Shown: positions 10,474 through 21,778 of the stretch, in pieces | Position numbering within the stretch: the stretch's first letter is position 1 | How the letters are laid out: the number at the start of each line of letters is the position of its first letter | Position numbers and translations under genes: made by a program | Notes under the pieces: generated by a model | What the model saw: only the letters and a program-made list of their open reading frames with translations | What the model was told of the DNA's origin: nothing | The model's database searches: none | From: Nannocystis pusilla | GTDB taxonomy: Bacteria; Myxococcota_A; Polyangia; Nannocystales; Nannocystaceae | Length of the DNA stretch: 64,000 nt | Reading direction: 5' to 3' (one strand) | Assembly: GCF_049337375.1 (NCBI RefSeq) | Contig: NZ_JBMPIV010000015.1

Positions 10474-11526
10474 CTAGAACACCGACGCGGCAAAATTTCG
10501 CAGCGCCGCAAGAAAGCGCTCGTGCTGCTCGATGTGCGGCGAGTGTCCGCAGTCGGAGAACACCACCTCCTCGTAGCGTCCGCCCTTGCCGGCGTAGGCG
10601 TCGAGGACCGCGCGCATCTGCCCCACCATCGGCTGCGGCGGCGCGACCTCGTCGCCCGGCCAGCCCGGCACCGCGCCCAGCTTGCCGAGGAACCCGAAGT
10701 CGAACACCGACGTGTCGCTGACGATCTGGTCGTCGGCCCCGCGGATCCACAGCACCGGCGGCCGCGGATCGATGTCGGCGAACGGCGACAGGTCGACGTA
10801 CTTCGGCGAGATCGCGTTGTTCATGCCGCGCGTGCCGGGCGCGACTCCCGGCCAGTTCGCCGAGGCGGTCATGTCGCCGGGGTAGTGGTCGTCGCCGATC
10901 TTGGTCTTCACCACCGCCTCGACGAACGCGTCCTCGAGGGCCGGCTCGACCCGGAACGGCGGCTTGAAGTAGAAGGTGTTCATGACGTTGCGCGGCGACA
11001 CTTGGTTGTCGCCGCCGCGGTCGCCGGCCTTGATCAGGCGCGCGAACTCGGGGTTGGCAGTGCCGCCGCCCGAGCCGGCGAAGTCGGCGGTCGTCGCGGT
11101 GCCGCGGGCGTCGCGGGTGCCGCCGAAGCCGTACGGCGACATCGGGTTCTCGAGCACCAGCCCGGCGACATTGCTGGCGTGATCGATCGCGTACTGCATG
11201 ATCACGCCGCCGCCCGCCGACCAGCCGACGAACACGGCTGGCCGCGAGGACAGGTCGAGCGCGACGAGCAGCGCGTGCAGATCGTCGGCGAAGTCGCGCA
11301 CGCCGCGGGTCGCGTCGATCGGCGCCGGCTCAGTGTCGCCGAAGCCGCGCATGTCGGGCGCGATCACGCGGAAGCGATCGGAGAGCGCCAGCATCAGCGG
11401 CTCGAAGAACCCGCCGCTCGAGGCGTTGCCGTGGACGAGGACGACGAGCGGCGCCCCTGCCGGACCGGCGATGCGGGTGTGGACGCGGAGACGCGAGGTG
11501 GGGACGAGCTGCTGTTCGATCGGCAT
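10474..11526 (-). CDS. alpha/beta hydrolase
   Basis: ATG at 11526 (MPIEQQ...). VVLVHGN oxyanion region, GWSAGG nucleophile, C-terminal CGHSPHIE (His of triad). The upstream part of ORF 10474..11766 was rejected as an extension. Confidence 0.75.
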   Translation of the reverse strand: MPIEQQLVPTSRLRVHTRIAGPAGAPLVVLVHGNASSGGFFEPLMLALSDRFRVIAPDMRGFGDTEPAPIDATRGVRDFADDLHALLVALDLSSRPAVFVGWSAGGGVIMQYAIDHASNVAGLVLENPMSPYGFGGTRDARGTATTADFAGSGGGTANPEFARLIKAGDRGGDNQVSPRNVMNTFYFKPPFRVEPALEDAFVEAVVKTKIGDDHYPGDMTASANWPGVAPGTRGMNNAISPKYVDLSPFADIDPRPPVLWIRGADDQIVSDTSVFDFGFLGKLGAVPGWPGDEVAPPQPMVGQMRAVLDAYAGKGGRYEEVVFSDCGHSPHIEQHERFLAALRNFAASVF

Positions 11527-11953
11527 GTCGGCAGCAGGCAGAGTCGCAAATGACCCCGCACTTGTCGATGCGAGCGAGGATGCTCGATTTCGCGCCGAGG
11601 TGGTCACCTGGCGTAAGGGACAGGTCCCTCGGTGGTCAATGCCGGCGCGAGGCCCTCGCATCGCTCGGAGTCCGGGCGCGCAGGGCAGGGCAGGGCGCAC
11701 GCATCGCTCGGCGCTCTGCTGCCGCACCCGCCGCGCGGAGCCCTGGACGCGCAGGGCTGGGTGCACGGCTCATGCGGCGGAGACCGGCCTCCGGCGCCCT
11801 GCGCAGCAGCGGCACCACGCGGCCCGGTCTGCCCCTGCGTTTCGGGTCGGACCCGAGGATGCTCTGCTCGCCCGCTCGCGCCGCCGTAGCGTCGCCGCTC
11901 GCGCCGGCCGCTCGCCAGACCGAGGACGCTCCGCTCGTCCGCTCGCGTCGCCG

Positions 11954-12514
11954 TCAGCGTCGTCGCGAGCGCCGGCCGATCATCAGACCGAGGACGCCCA
12001 GGGCCAGCAGCGCGGGCGCGGTGTCGTCGCTCGTCCGGCAACCTTCGCAGCCCTCTTTCTTCGGCGGCGTGCCCTCGCTGCCGCCGTCGGACTCGGAGCC
12101 CTGCGAGGTGCCGGAGCCGTCGCTCGTCGACGTCGTGCCGGTCGTGTCCGACACGCACAGCTTGAACGACTTGCACATCCCTGCAGCGCACGCACCGCCC
12201 TCGCCGCAGTCCCCGAGGATGTTGTCGACCGAGAAGTCGCCGCCGGTGCTGGTCCACCCGCCGCCGCACGTGACCGTGCCCGCGCAGCGCTCGACCTCCT
12301 TGCACACCTTGCCCGAAGGACAGGTGTCGGTGCACTCGTTCGGCTCGCAGTACTCGCCCCCGTGGCAGCCGTTGGGGCTCGAGCCGTCGGGACAGCTCGG
12401 CGGTTCGGACACGGCGTCGGCGCGGGCGGTGCGGCTCGCGGCCGGAGCGAGCAGGAGCAACAGGGCCGCGGACCACCGCGCGGCGGAGCTTGTTAAGCAG
12501 CGAGACAAGGTCAT
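11954..12514 (-). CDS. Secreted Cys-rich protein with MYXO-CTERM-like C-terminal sorting signal
   Basis: ATG at 12514: MTLSRCLTSSAARWSAALLLLLAPAASRTARA signal peptide. A Cys-rich core, then C-terminal GCEGCRTSDDTAPALLALGVLGLMIGRRSRRR (Cys motif, hydrophobic helix, Arg cluster). Confidence 0.55.
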   Translation of the reverse strand: MTLSRCLTSSAARWSAALLLLLAPAASRTARADAVSEPPSCPDGSSPNGCHGGEYCEPNECTDTCPSGKVCKEVERCAGTVTCGGGWTSTGGDFSVDNILGDCGEGGACAAGMCKSFKLCVSDTTGTTSTSDGSGTSQGSESDGGSEGTPPKKEGCEGCRTSDDTAPALLALGVLGLMIGRRSRRR

Positions 12515-12837
12515 CGCGCGATCGTACACGCGGCGGGGCGACCTCCGCAACTCGCGCGGACGCGGACGCGCGCCCCGGACTGGGCCTTGCGACCGCGAGC
12601 GGCCGCGCCCGTTCACGGCTGGCCCTTGTGACATGTCGATCGAGACATTGCGCTGTGTCCGACGACCCGGGCGCCGCGATTCATGGCATCTGTCCTTCAA
12701 GCCATGTTCGACTTCGTCGGGCCGCCCGCGCCGTGAGGCTCGCCGACCCCGTAAACCGCCGCAGAACGGCGACTGCAGGCCGCAGGGCGCGCATTCGCCT
12801 GTGCTGCCGAAGCCGAACGACGTGTTAGCGTCGACCC

Positions 12838-14277
12838 ATGACATTCGCTTCGCATCGATGGACCTTCGCGCTCGTCGTCGCCTGCGGTTGCGGCGGCGGC
12901 AGCAACGACGCCGGATCGACGACCGACGGGCCGCAGACGACCACTACCTCGACGACGGCCTCGACCACCGACGACAGCGGCCTCACGACCACGACGACGA
13001 CAGCGAGCTCGTCCGCCGGCACCGACGAGCCCGCGCCCCCCACCACCGGACCGGGGACGACGACCGAGGCCACCAGCGACCCGACTGCGGCGACGACCGA
13101 GACCGGGACGACCGGCGAGCCGGTCGATCCGCCCGACCTGTGCGCCGGCCTGGTGCAGGACTTGATGGACCGGCCGATGACCCCGCTCGAAAAGCCCGAG
13201 GTGGGCGCGACCGTGGTCGACGCGGAGTTCGGCACCACGATCCGACGCATCAGCGGCGTGACCGCGATGGGCGCAAACCCGGTGGTCAAGCCGGCCTACA
13301 GCACGATCGCCGCGTGGAACACGGACGAGACGCGCCTCATCCTCTACGACGTGACGGAGGGCCACCTGCTCTACGACGGCAAGACCTACGAGTCCTTGAA
13401 AAAACTGCCGATCGATCCGCCGGACCTCGAGCAGTTCTACTGGCACGGCTCCGACCCCAGCATCGTGATGTTCATGCACGGCAAGACGCTGGTGCGCTTC
13501 GACGTCGACACCGAGGTCGAGGCGCCCGTGCACACCTTCGACTTCTGCGGCGGCCCTGTCAGCGGCGGCAGCGACCCGATGTTCTCGTCGTGGGATTCGA
13601 ACCGCTTCGGCTTCATCTGCGACGATCAAGTGTTCGTCTACGACGTCGCCACCGACGCGGTGCTCGGGCAGGTCACGCTCGACGAGAACCCGGCCCAGAT
13701 CGCGCCCAGCGGCTCGCTGGCGTACCTGAGCGATACTGGCCGCGTCGTCGATCCAGCGCTCGAGGTGCTGCGCACCCTCGATCTGCTCGAGCCGTGGGGC
13801 CACGCCTCGCTCGGCATGCTGGCGAACGGCCACGACACCTGGAACGGCTTCGTCTACGATCCGGGCCCCGGCGGCAACGACGACATCGGCGCGCTCGTGA
13901 CCTGGGACCTCACCGACGCGACCTCGCGGGTGATCATCGGCCCGAAGACCGGCTATCCCTATCCGCCGGCCGGCCACATCTCGGCGCTGGCGGTCCACCG
14001 GCCCGGCTGGGTCGTCGTCTCGACGATCGGCGATCCCGCCGGGCAGGGGCTCCTCGATCTCGAGCTGCTGCTGGCCGACACGAACACCGGCCAGGTGTGC
14101 CGCGTGGGCCGGCATCGCAGCTGCGGGCAGAACAACACCAACCTCGGCGAGCCGTACTGGGCCGCCCCGACCGCCGTCCCGAGCCCGAGCGGCACGCGGA
14201 TCCTGTTCGGCAGCGACTGGGGCGGCGGCGAGACCGTCGACGCCTACGTGGTCGAGCTGCCGAGCTACACGCCCTGA
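12838..14277 (+). CDS. Lipoprotein with Thr-rich linker and predicted beta-propeller-like domain, function unknown
   Basis: Signal peptide with lipobox (ALVVACGCGGG). T/S-rich linker. Globular domain with repeated WxxD/DGxxxxF blade-like segments. 479 aa. Confidence 0.75.
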   Translation: MTFASHRWTFALVVACGCGGGSNDAGSTTDGPQTTTTSTTASTTDDSGLTTTTTTASSSAGTDEPAPPTTGPGTTTEATSDPTAATTETGTTGEPVDPPDLCAGLVQDLMDRPMTPLEKPEVGATVVDAEFGTTIRRISGVTAMGANPVVKPAYSTIAAWNTDETRLILYDVTEGHLLYDGKTYESLKKLPIDPPDLEQFYWHGSDPSIVMFMHGKTLVRFDVDTEVEAPVHTFDFCGGPVSGGSDPMFSSWDSNRFGFICDDQVFVYDVATDAVLGQVTLDENPAQIAPSGSLAYLSDTGRVVDPALEVLRTLDLLEPWGHASLGMLANGHDTWNGFVYDPGPGGNDDIGALVTWDLTDATSRVIIGPKTGYPYPPAGHISALAVHRPGWVVVSTIGDPAGQGLLDLELLLADTNTGQVCRVGRHRSCGQNNTNLGEPYWAAPTAVPSPSGTRILFGSDWGGGETVDAYVVELPSYTP

Positions 14278-14282
14278 GCGGG

Positions 14283-14385
14283 CGCCTGTCCTTGCAGACA
14301 TCCGCGATCCCGCACCGGCGCGGATGTCCGCAGGGACAGGTCACCTCTCGAGCGGCTCGTCTGTCCGCGAAGACAGGCGGGCCTC
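14283..14385. repeat. Compound REP-like hairpin between convergent genes (terminator-like)
   Basis: CCTGTCCTTGCAGACATCCGCG - 12 nt - CGCGGATGTCCGCAGGGACAGG (20/22 bp inverted repeat), followed by CTGTCCGCGAAGACAG. Lies between the stop of the 12838..14277 gene and the stop of the 14395..15105 gene. Confidence 0.8.
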
Positions 14386-14394
14386 CTCGCCGGA

Positions 14395-15105
14395 TCAGCG
14401 CGGCCCGTAGATCACGTCCGATCGCACCGCATACTTCACGCCGGCCGTCACCTCCGCGCCCTCGTGGAGCAGCAGGTGATCGAACACTACCGCGCCGCCG
14501 ACCGGGGGCTTCAGCGCGAACCTCACCTTGTTGTCGAACTTGCGCCCGCGACCCTGGCCGCGGCGCTGCGACTTGTCCTTCTCCTCAAAAAAGCGGGTCG
14601 CGCCGCCCTCGAACTCGGCGTTGAGAAAGATGACCAGCGACTCGCGCGTCTCGCCGAGCGGCACCGCGGTGCGGACATCGACGTGCGGTGAGAAGCGCAT
14701 CCCGACCTCGTAGCGGTACACGCGGAAGCGGAAGTTGAGCCCGCGCAGCGGCGCCCCCTCGTGCTGCGGACCTACGACCCCGCGGATCCGCTGCCACAGC
14801 CCGTCCGCCAGCTCCGGCGCGTCGAACACCACCCGGAGGTTGTTGCGGGCCGCCAGGTTGACCCGGTACGTGTCGTCGCCGATCGCCAGGCCCGCGTGGG
14901 TGAAGCCGATCGCCTCCGCCGCCGCGATCAGTCGCTTGCACTCTTTCGGCGACATCACCCCGTGGAGCACATGCACCCCCGGCGCCACCTCTTCGCGGCG
15001 GGCGGTCGCCTCGCGGTCCGCCTCCAGGACCGCCTCCGTCAGCGCGTAGGGCGCCGCGTGGAACGTCGCCTCGCGGCGGAACGACTCGTGCTCGCGGCTC
15101 CGCAT
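14395..15105 (-). CDS. 2OG-Fe(II) oxygenase superfamily protein (prolyl 4-hydroxylase-like)
   Basis: HxD...H iron-binding facial triad (RFSPHVDVRT ... DHLLLHEG) with an R-x-S-type 2OG-binding region (YAVRSD). Start chosen at ATG 15105 (MRSREHES); the longer ORF to 15240 was not excluded. Confidence 0.65.
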   Translation of the reverse strand: MRSREHESFRREATFHAAPYALTEAVLEADREATARREEVAPGVHVLHGVMSPKECKRLIAAAEAIGFTHAGLAIGDDTYRVNLAARNNLRVVFDAPELADGLWQRIRGVVGPQHEGAPLRGLNFRFRVYRYEVGMRFSPHVDVRTAVPLGETRESLVIFLNAEFEGGATRFFEEKDKSQRRGQGRGRKFDNKVRFALKPPVGGAVVFDHLLLHEGAEVTAGVKYAVRSDVIYGPR

Positions 15106-15290
15106 CCCCTTGCCTCGGCTCACGGTCCTCCTTTTATCACGCCCCCATGCGGCCCTCCGCGGTGCGGACATTCGACCGCGAGAGCGCCGCTCGCGCAGGC
15201 CCTCGAACGGCTCAAACTGCCTCCAGCCCGCCGCCTGCACGGACTTTTCCTGAGCTTGCTCAGCATATCGGCCTCGGCTAGTGTCGTCTC

Positions 15291-17198
15291 GTGGCCAACT
15301 ACTTCGACGACAACGAAGACCTCCAGTTCTACATGGATCGCGGCCTCGACTGGGCGCCGATCGTCGGGCTCGTCGAGCAGGACTTCCGCATCCCGGGCGG
15401 TTACGCCTCGCTGGACGAGGCGCGGGCCGCCTACCGCGACATCCTCGGCATGGTCGGTGAGTTCGCCGCCGAGCAGGTCGCGCCGAAGTCGATGGCCATC
15501 GACGCCAAGGGCGTCCACTTGAAGGACGGCGAGGGTCACCTCGCGCCCGAGACCGACGCCCTGTTCGAGCAGATCAAGGGCCTCGACCTCCACGGTCTGG
15601 CCTTGCCGCGCGAGCTCGGCGGCATCGGCTGCCCCGCGGTCGTCCACTTCATGGTGTGCGAGCTGCTGGCGCGGGCCGACAACGTCGTCATGACGCACTA
15701 CAACTTCTACAGCGGCATCGCCCTGATGCTCCTGCTGTACTCGGTGCACGAGGGCTCCACCACCTTCGACCGCGAGCAGCGGGTCATCACCGGCACGCGC
15801 TTCCAGCCCGAGATCGCCGAGATCCTGCGCGGCGACGCGTGGGGCAGCATGGACATCACCGAGCCCGACGCCGGCAGCGACATGGCCGCGCTCAAGGCCC
15901 GCGCCGAGCAGGACGAAGAGGGCAACTGGTTCATCACCGGCCAGAAGATCTTCTTGACCTCCGGCCACGGCAAGCACCACATCGTCATCGCCCGCACCGA
16001 GCCCGACAAGCCCGGCCTCGGCGGCCTGTCGCTGTTCCACGTCCCGGCCTACGAGGACATGCCCGACGGCACGCGGCGCCGGATCGCCGTGATCGACCGC
16101 CTCGAGGAGAAGCTCGGCCACCACGGCTCGGCCACCGCCGCGGTCAGCTTCGACCGCGCCCCCGGCCGCCTGATCGGCAAGCGCGGCGAGGGCTTCCAGC
16201 TCATGCTGCTGCTGATGAACAACGCCCGCGTCGGCGTCGGCTTCGAGTCGATCGGCGCCTGCGAGGCCGCCTACCGCAAGGCCAAGGCCTACGCGGCCGA
16301 GCGCCGCAGCATGGGCAAGTCGATCGATCGCCACGAGATGATCGCCGACTTCCTCGACGAGATGCAGACCGAGATCCTCGGCCTGCGCGCGCTCGCCATG
16401 CAGTGCGCCTACCACGAGGAGCTGCACCAGCGCACCAAGATGCAGGGCGTGCTCGACACCGACCCCGACAGCATCGAGCGGGCGCGCGTGCTCAAGCAGG
16501 CCAAGCGCCACGCCAACCGGGCCCGCCGGCTCACCCCGCTGCTCAAGTACATCGCCAGCGAGAAGGCCGTCGAGATGGCGCGCAAGTGCATCCAGATCCT
16601 CGGCGGCGCCGGCTACGTCCGCGAGTACGGGGCCGAGAAGCTGCTGCGCGACGCCATGGTCCTGCCGATCTACGAGGGCACCAGCCAGATCCAGTCGCTC
16701 ATGGCGATGAAGGACGCGATGAGCGGCATCATGCGCAACCCGCAGCGCTTCCTCACCCGCGTGGCGCAGGCCCGCTGGCGCAGCCTCTCCGCCCTCGACG
16801 CGCTCGAGCGCCGCGTCGCGCGCCTCACCTCGCTGACGCTCGCCGCCCAGCAGCACCTGATCCAGCGCACCGCCGCCGACAAGCTGCGCGGCCTCGGCAA
16901 GCACAAGATCACCGAGTGGTCCAAGGAGTTCTTCCAGAACTGGGACCCCAAGCGCGACTTCTCCTACGCCATGCTGCACGCCGAGCGGCTGACGCGCCTG
17001 ATGGCCGACACCGCGATCGTCGAGATCCTCCTCGAGCAGTCGCGCAAGCACCCGGAGCGGCGCAGCATCCTCGAGCGCTGGCTCGAGCGCGCCGAACCGC
17101 GCTGCAACGCCCTCTACGAGGAGATCACGACCCGGGGCGACCGCCTGCTGGCCCAGCTGCGCGACCAGCAGGAGGACGAGGCCGCCTCGGCTCGCTGA
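15291..17198 (+). CDS. Acyl-CoA dehydrogenase (long FadE-like form)
   Basis: 635 aa. ACAD N-terminal, middle and C-terminal domain signatures ([55 protein letters not shown]). GTG start. Confidence 0.9.
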   Translation: MANYFDDNEDLQFYMDRGLDWAPIVGLVEQDFRIPGGYASLDEARAAYRDILGMVGEFAAEQVAPKSMAIDAKGVHLKDGEGHLAPETDALFEQIKGLDLHGLALPRELGGIGCPAVVHFMVCELLARADNVVMTHYNFYSGIALMLLLYSVHEGSTTFDREQRVITGTRFQPEIAEILRGDAWGSMDITEPDAGSDMAALKARAEQDEEGNWFITGQKIFLTSGHGKHHIVIARTEPDKPGLGGLSLFHVPAYEDMPDGTRRRIAVIDRLEEKLGHHGSATAAVSFDRAPGRLIGKRGEGFQLMLLLMNNARVGVGFESIGACEAAYRKAKAYAAERRSMGKSIDRHEMIADFLDEMQTEILGLRALAMQCAYHEELHQRTKMQGVLDTDPDSIERARVLKQAKRHANRARRLTPLLKYIASEKAVEMARKCIQILGGAGYVREYGAEKLLRDAMVLPIYEGTSQIQSLMAMKDAMSGIMRNPQRFLTRVAQARWRSLSALDALERRVARLTSLTLAAQQHLIQRTAADKLRGLGKHKITEWSKEFFQNWDPKRDFSYAMLHAERLTRLMADTAIVEILLEQSRKHPERRSILERWLERAEPRCNALYEEITTRGDRLLAQLRDQQEDEAASAR

Positions 17199-17301
17199 GC
17201 CCCGCGGTCCCTGTCGGCGCCGGCCGGTCTGCCGCGAGCGGGCCGCGCCGGCGCGCGCATTTCGGGCCAGCGGCCGCGAGATCGGGTACCGTCCGGCCCC
17301 C

Positions 17302-19134
17302 ATGGCCGTCCGCTTCCGATCCGCCGCCGAGCCGCGCCCCGCGACCGCCCGCCGCGGACGGGCGCGCGAGGCCACCACGGACGAGCCGGGCGCACCCGCC
17401 GAGCCGCGCCCCGCGACCGCCCGCCGCGGACGGGCGCGCAAGGCCACCACGGACGAGCCGGGCCTGCCCGCCGAGTCGCGCCCCGCGACCGCCCGACGCG
17501 GACGGGCGCGCAAGACCACCACGGACGAGCCGGGCGCACCCGCCGAGCCGCGCCCCGCGACCGCCCGCCGCGGACGGGCGCGCAAGGCCACCACGGACGA
17601 GCCGGGCGCACCCGCCGAGCCGCGTCGACCCACACCGCGGCCCCGTCGCACCGGCGGTAGCGAGCGGACCCGGGAGGCCGCTGCGGACGAGTCGCAGTCT
17701 GCGACCACCCGGCGCGTGCGGGCCCATGCGACCTCGGGCGCCGAGCCGCGCCGAGCCGCGCGGTCGAGCGTGCGTGAAGCCGCGCCCGCCAAGTCGCGCC
17801 CAGCCGCGCCGAAGAACGAACGTACCCCCGAGGTCGCGCCCACCGAGCCGCGACCTGCCCGGCGCGTGCAGGGTGGGGTGGCCACCGCCGACGTCGTCGT
17901 GTCCGCGCGGGTCGGCGACAACGCCGAGCTGTTCGCCCAGGTCCTCGAGTTACATGTCCCGAAGGGCAGCACCGTCGCCGACGTCACCTACGGCCTCGGC
18001 GTGTTCTGGCGCCGCGTCCCCGACGGGGCCTACACCCTGCTCGCCAGCGACATCGCCCTCAAGCCGGATGTCCCCGCGCGCGCCGGCGCGAAGCTGACGA
18101 GCGGCGTCGACTGCCGCGCCTTGCCGTACGCCGACGCCAGCCTCGACTGCGTCGTCCTCGACCCGCCCTACATGGAGGGCATGTACCGCCGCAGCGTCGA
18201 CCACATGGCCGGCTCCGGCACCCACGCCGCCTTCCGCCGCGCCTATTCGGCGGCCGCCGTCACCGAGTCGGGCCCCAAGTGGCACGACGCCGTCGTCGAC
18301 CTCTACGAAAAGGCCTGCCGCGAGGCCGCGCGCGTGCTCGTGCCCGGCGGCGTCCTGATCGTCAAGTGCCAGGACGAGGTCAGCGCCAACAAGCAGCGCC
18401 TCACCCACGTCGAGCTGATCACGGGCGGCGAGTCGCTCGGCCTCTACTGCAAGGACCTGTTCGTACTCGTGCGCCCCAACAGCCCCGGGGTCAGCCGGCT
18501 CAAGGCCCAGGTCCACGCGCGCAAGAACCACTCCTACTTCCTCGTGTTCGAGAAGCGTCGCCTGGCGATCCGCAGCGTCCGCGACTTCACGGCCGGCGCC
18601 GACATGTCCGCGAGGACAGCCACGGTCGTCCCCGAGAAGATGACCGAAGAGACAGGCGCGGGCCCGAGCAGGAAACGACGCAAGCCGGCCACCGAGAGCG
18701 CTGGCGGCGGCGGACCGTCCTCAAGGCGAGGTCCGTCGAAGTCCGAGGCGCCGGCCGAGCCCGCAGCGGAGACGGTCGCCCGAACCGGGACCCCGGGCGC
18801 GCTCGCCAGCGCGAGCCCCGCCGAAGCGAGTATGTCCCAAGGTGCAGGTGCACCGGCGCTCGCCCCCCCACGCAGCGAGCCGAGCGAGCCGCAGCCCCCC
18901 GGTGTGCCCATGCCCCTCGGGACAGGTTTGCTCGCACCCGAGCGCCCACCGGGCGCATCGACGACGCGACCCGTGAACAGCGACCTGTCCCTCGAGACAG
19001 CCACCCGCACCGCCACGGCCTCGCCTCCGGCTCAACTGCCGCTCCTCGACCTGTCCCAAGCGCCAGCCCCCAAATCCTCCCCGGGCCGACCTCGCCGCCG
19101 CCCGGCCAAGGCGGGGCAGGGGGGGGGCGGTTGA
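17302..19134 (+). CDS. SAM-dependent methyltransferase with DPPY catalytic motif (N6-adenine/N4-cytosine-like or rRNA m2G-like), N-terminal basic tandem repeats and C-terminal Pro-rich tail
   Basis: Five 20-aa repeats of [24 protein letters not shown] (60-bp DNA tandem repeats, 17330-17640). A core with a putative SAM loop ([12 protein letters not shown]) about 60 aa before [13 protein letters not shown], in gamma-class motif order. No adjacent restriction enzyme gene. Confidence 0.6.
   Translation: MAVRFRSAAEPRPATARRGRAREATTDEPGAPAEPRPATARRGRARKATTDEPGLPAESRPATARRGRARKTTTDEPGAPAEPRPATARRGRARKATTDEPGAPAEPRRPTPRPRRTGGSERTREAAADESQSATTRRVRAHATSGAEPRRAARSSVREAAPAKSRPAAPKNERTPEVAPTEPRPARRVQGGVATADVVVSARVGDNAELFAQVLELHVPKGSTVADVTYGLGVFWRRVPDGAYTLLASDIALKPDVPARAGAKLTSGVDCRALPYADASLDCVVLDPPYMEGMYRRSVDHMAGSGTHAAFRRAYSAAAVTESGPKWHDAVVDLYEKACREAARVLVPGGVLIVKCQDEVSANKQRLTHVELITGGESLGLYCKDLFVLVRPNSPGVSRLKAQVHARKNHSYFLVFEKRRLAIRSVRDFTAGADMSARTATVVPEKMTEETGAGPSRKRRKPATESAGGGGPSSRRGPSKSEAPAEPAAETVARTGTPGALASASPAEASMSQGAGAPALAPPRSEPSEPQPPGVPMPLGTGLLAPERPPGASTTRPVNSDLSLETATRTATASPPAQLPLLDLSQAPAPKSSPGRPRRRPAKAGQGGGG
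17330..17640. repeat. 60-bp coding tandem repeat x5 (AT-hook-like basic repeats of the methyltransferase)
   Basis: ccgccgagccgcgccccgcgaccgcccgccgcggacgggcgcgca(a/g)ggccaccacggacgagccgggc units read directly from the sequence. Confidence 0.85.
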
Positions 19135-19303
19135 GGCGCCGGGAGTGCCGCGCGAGGACCGCGGTTGTCATTTTGGCAACCCGCCTCGGACGGCCTGACA
19201 ATTGCGCGTGACACCCTCGTTCTGGCTCCAGGAGTTGCTTTAGAATCATTCGCTTTTCACCGAGGACCCCGAATTGCACACCGCGGGTTCGACTCGAGCG
19301 CCC

Positions 19304-20713
<1,410 letters not shown>

Positions 20714-20722
20714 CGGAGAGCG

Positions 20723-21778
20723 ATGGAAGCCGTCTTCAAGCAGCACTTCTGGGTCGTCAAGGCGCTGGGCCTCAGCGTCGCCGCTGCGTTCGCCGCCTCG
20801 GCGTTCACCACCTGGCTCGGCACCTCGTACATCTACGAGACCCCGACCGACGAGGCCGAGGCGACCGGCACCGACACCGACGGCGCCAAGGAAGAAGAAG
20901 AGGACGAGGAGGACAAGCCGATCATCAACCCGCGGCTGATGTCGAGCCCCTCGCGCGGCCCCTCCGCGGCCGACCGCAACAAGGTCACGCAGACCATCCT
21001 CTCGCTCAACCTGTTCTGCCCGACCTGCACCAAGGTCGTCACGCCCGAGACCGGCCCCGGCGGCCCCGCGGTCGCGCCCGACCTCGGCCCCGGCGAGCTG
21101 CCGCAGGTCGCAGGCGGCAAGCAGCCCGGCGAAGGCCCGTGCACGCAGCCGCTGCGGCTCATCGCCACGATGGAGACCAACATGCCCGAGTACTCTTGGG
21201 CGACCATCCGCGACGAGGAGGACGGCAGCGTCGGTCCGTACTGGCCCGGCGATCGCATCCGCTCCGGCGTCTACCTCGTCAGCGTCGAGCGCAGCCTCGT
21301 CCACGTCAAGAACGGCGGCGCCCTCGAGTACATCGAGCTCGGCGTCGAGCCGCCGAAGCCCTCGGCCAAGCCGTTGCAGGTGGCCGAGAAGAAGGAAGAC
21401 GCGCCGCCGGCGGCGGGCGCCATCCCCGGGGCCGAGGACGCGATCAAGTGCGAGAGCGAGAACTCGTGCACCGTCGATCGCATGTTCATCGACAGCCTGT
21501 TCGCCAACCCGGCCGCGCTGACCAAGCAGGCGCGGGTGATGCCGTCGATCAAGGACGGCGAGACCAAGGGCTTCAAGTTCTACGGGATCCGCCCGGGCAG
21601 CCTGCCCAAGCTGCTCGGCATGAAGAACGGCGACCTCCTCACCTCGGTCAACGGCATCGAGCTGAAGTCGGTCGACCAGGTCATGGGCCTTTTGACCAAG
21701 ATGCGCAGCGCCAGCAACCTCCAGGTCACGATTGAGCGCAAGGGCGAGTCGATCACCAAGGACATCACGATCCAATGA
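20723..21778 (+). CDS. gspC: Type II secretion system protein GspC (TM anchor, HR region, C-terminal PDZ)
   Basis: N-terminal TM helix, acidic linker, and a C-terminal PDZ-like domain (KGFKFYGIRPGSLPKLLGMKNGDLLTSVNGIEL). RBS GGAGAG. Stop overlaps gspD start (ATGA). Confidence 0.75.
   Translation: MEAVFKQHFWVVKALGLSVAAAFAASAFTTWLGTSYIYETPTDEAEATGTDTDGAKEEEEDEEDKPIINPRLMSSPSRGPSAADRNKVTQTILSLNLFCPTCTKVVTPETGPGGPAVAPDLGPGELPQVAGGKQPGEGPCTQPLRLIATMETNMPEYSWATIRDEEDGSVGPYWPGDRIRSGVYLVSVERSLVHVKNGGALEYIELGVEPPKPSAKPLQVAEKKEDAPPAAGAIPGAEDAIKCESENSCTVDRMFIDSLFANPAALTKQARVMPSIKDGETKGFKFYGIRPGSLPKLLGMKNGDLLTSVNGIELKSVDQVMGLLTKMRSASNLQVTIERKGESITKDITIQ

Noticed and set aside
19274-19300. GGGTTCGACTC near 19278 resembling a tRNA T-loop, and AT-richer intergenic regions at 50306-50550 and 59822-60240 considered for tRNA/ncRNA genes.
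   Set aside because: No full cloverleaf (acceptor stem, anticodon arm) could be built. The first site lies in the 5' extension of the regulator ORF, and the others look like ordinary promoter regions.
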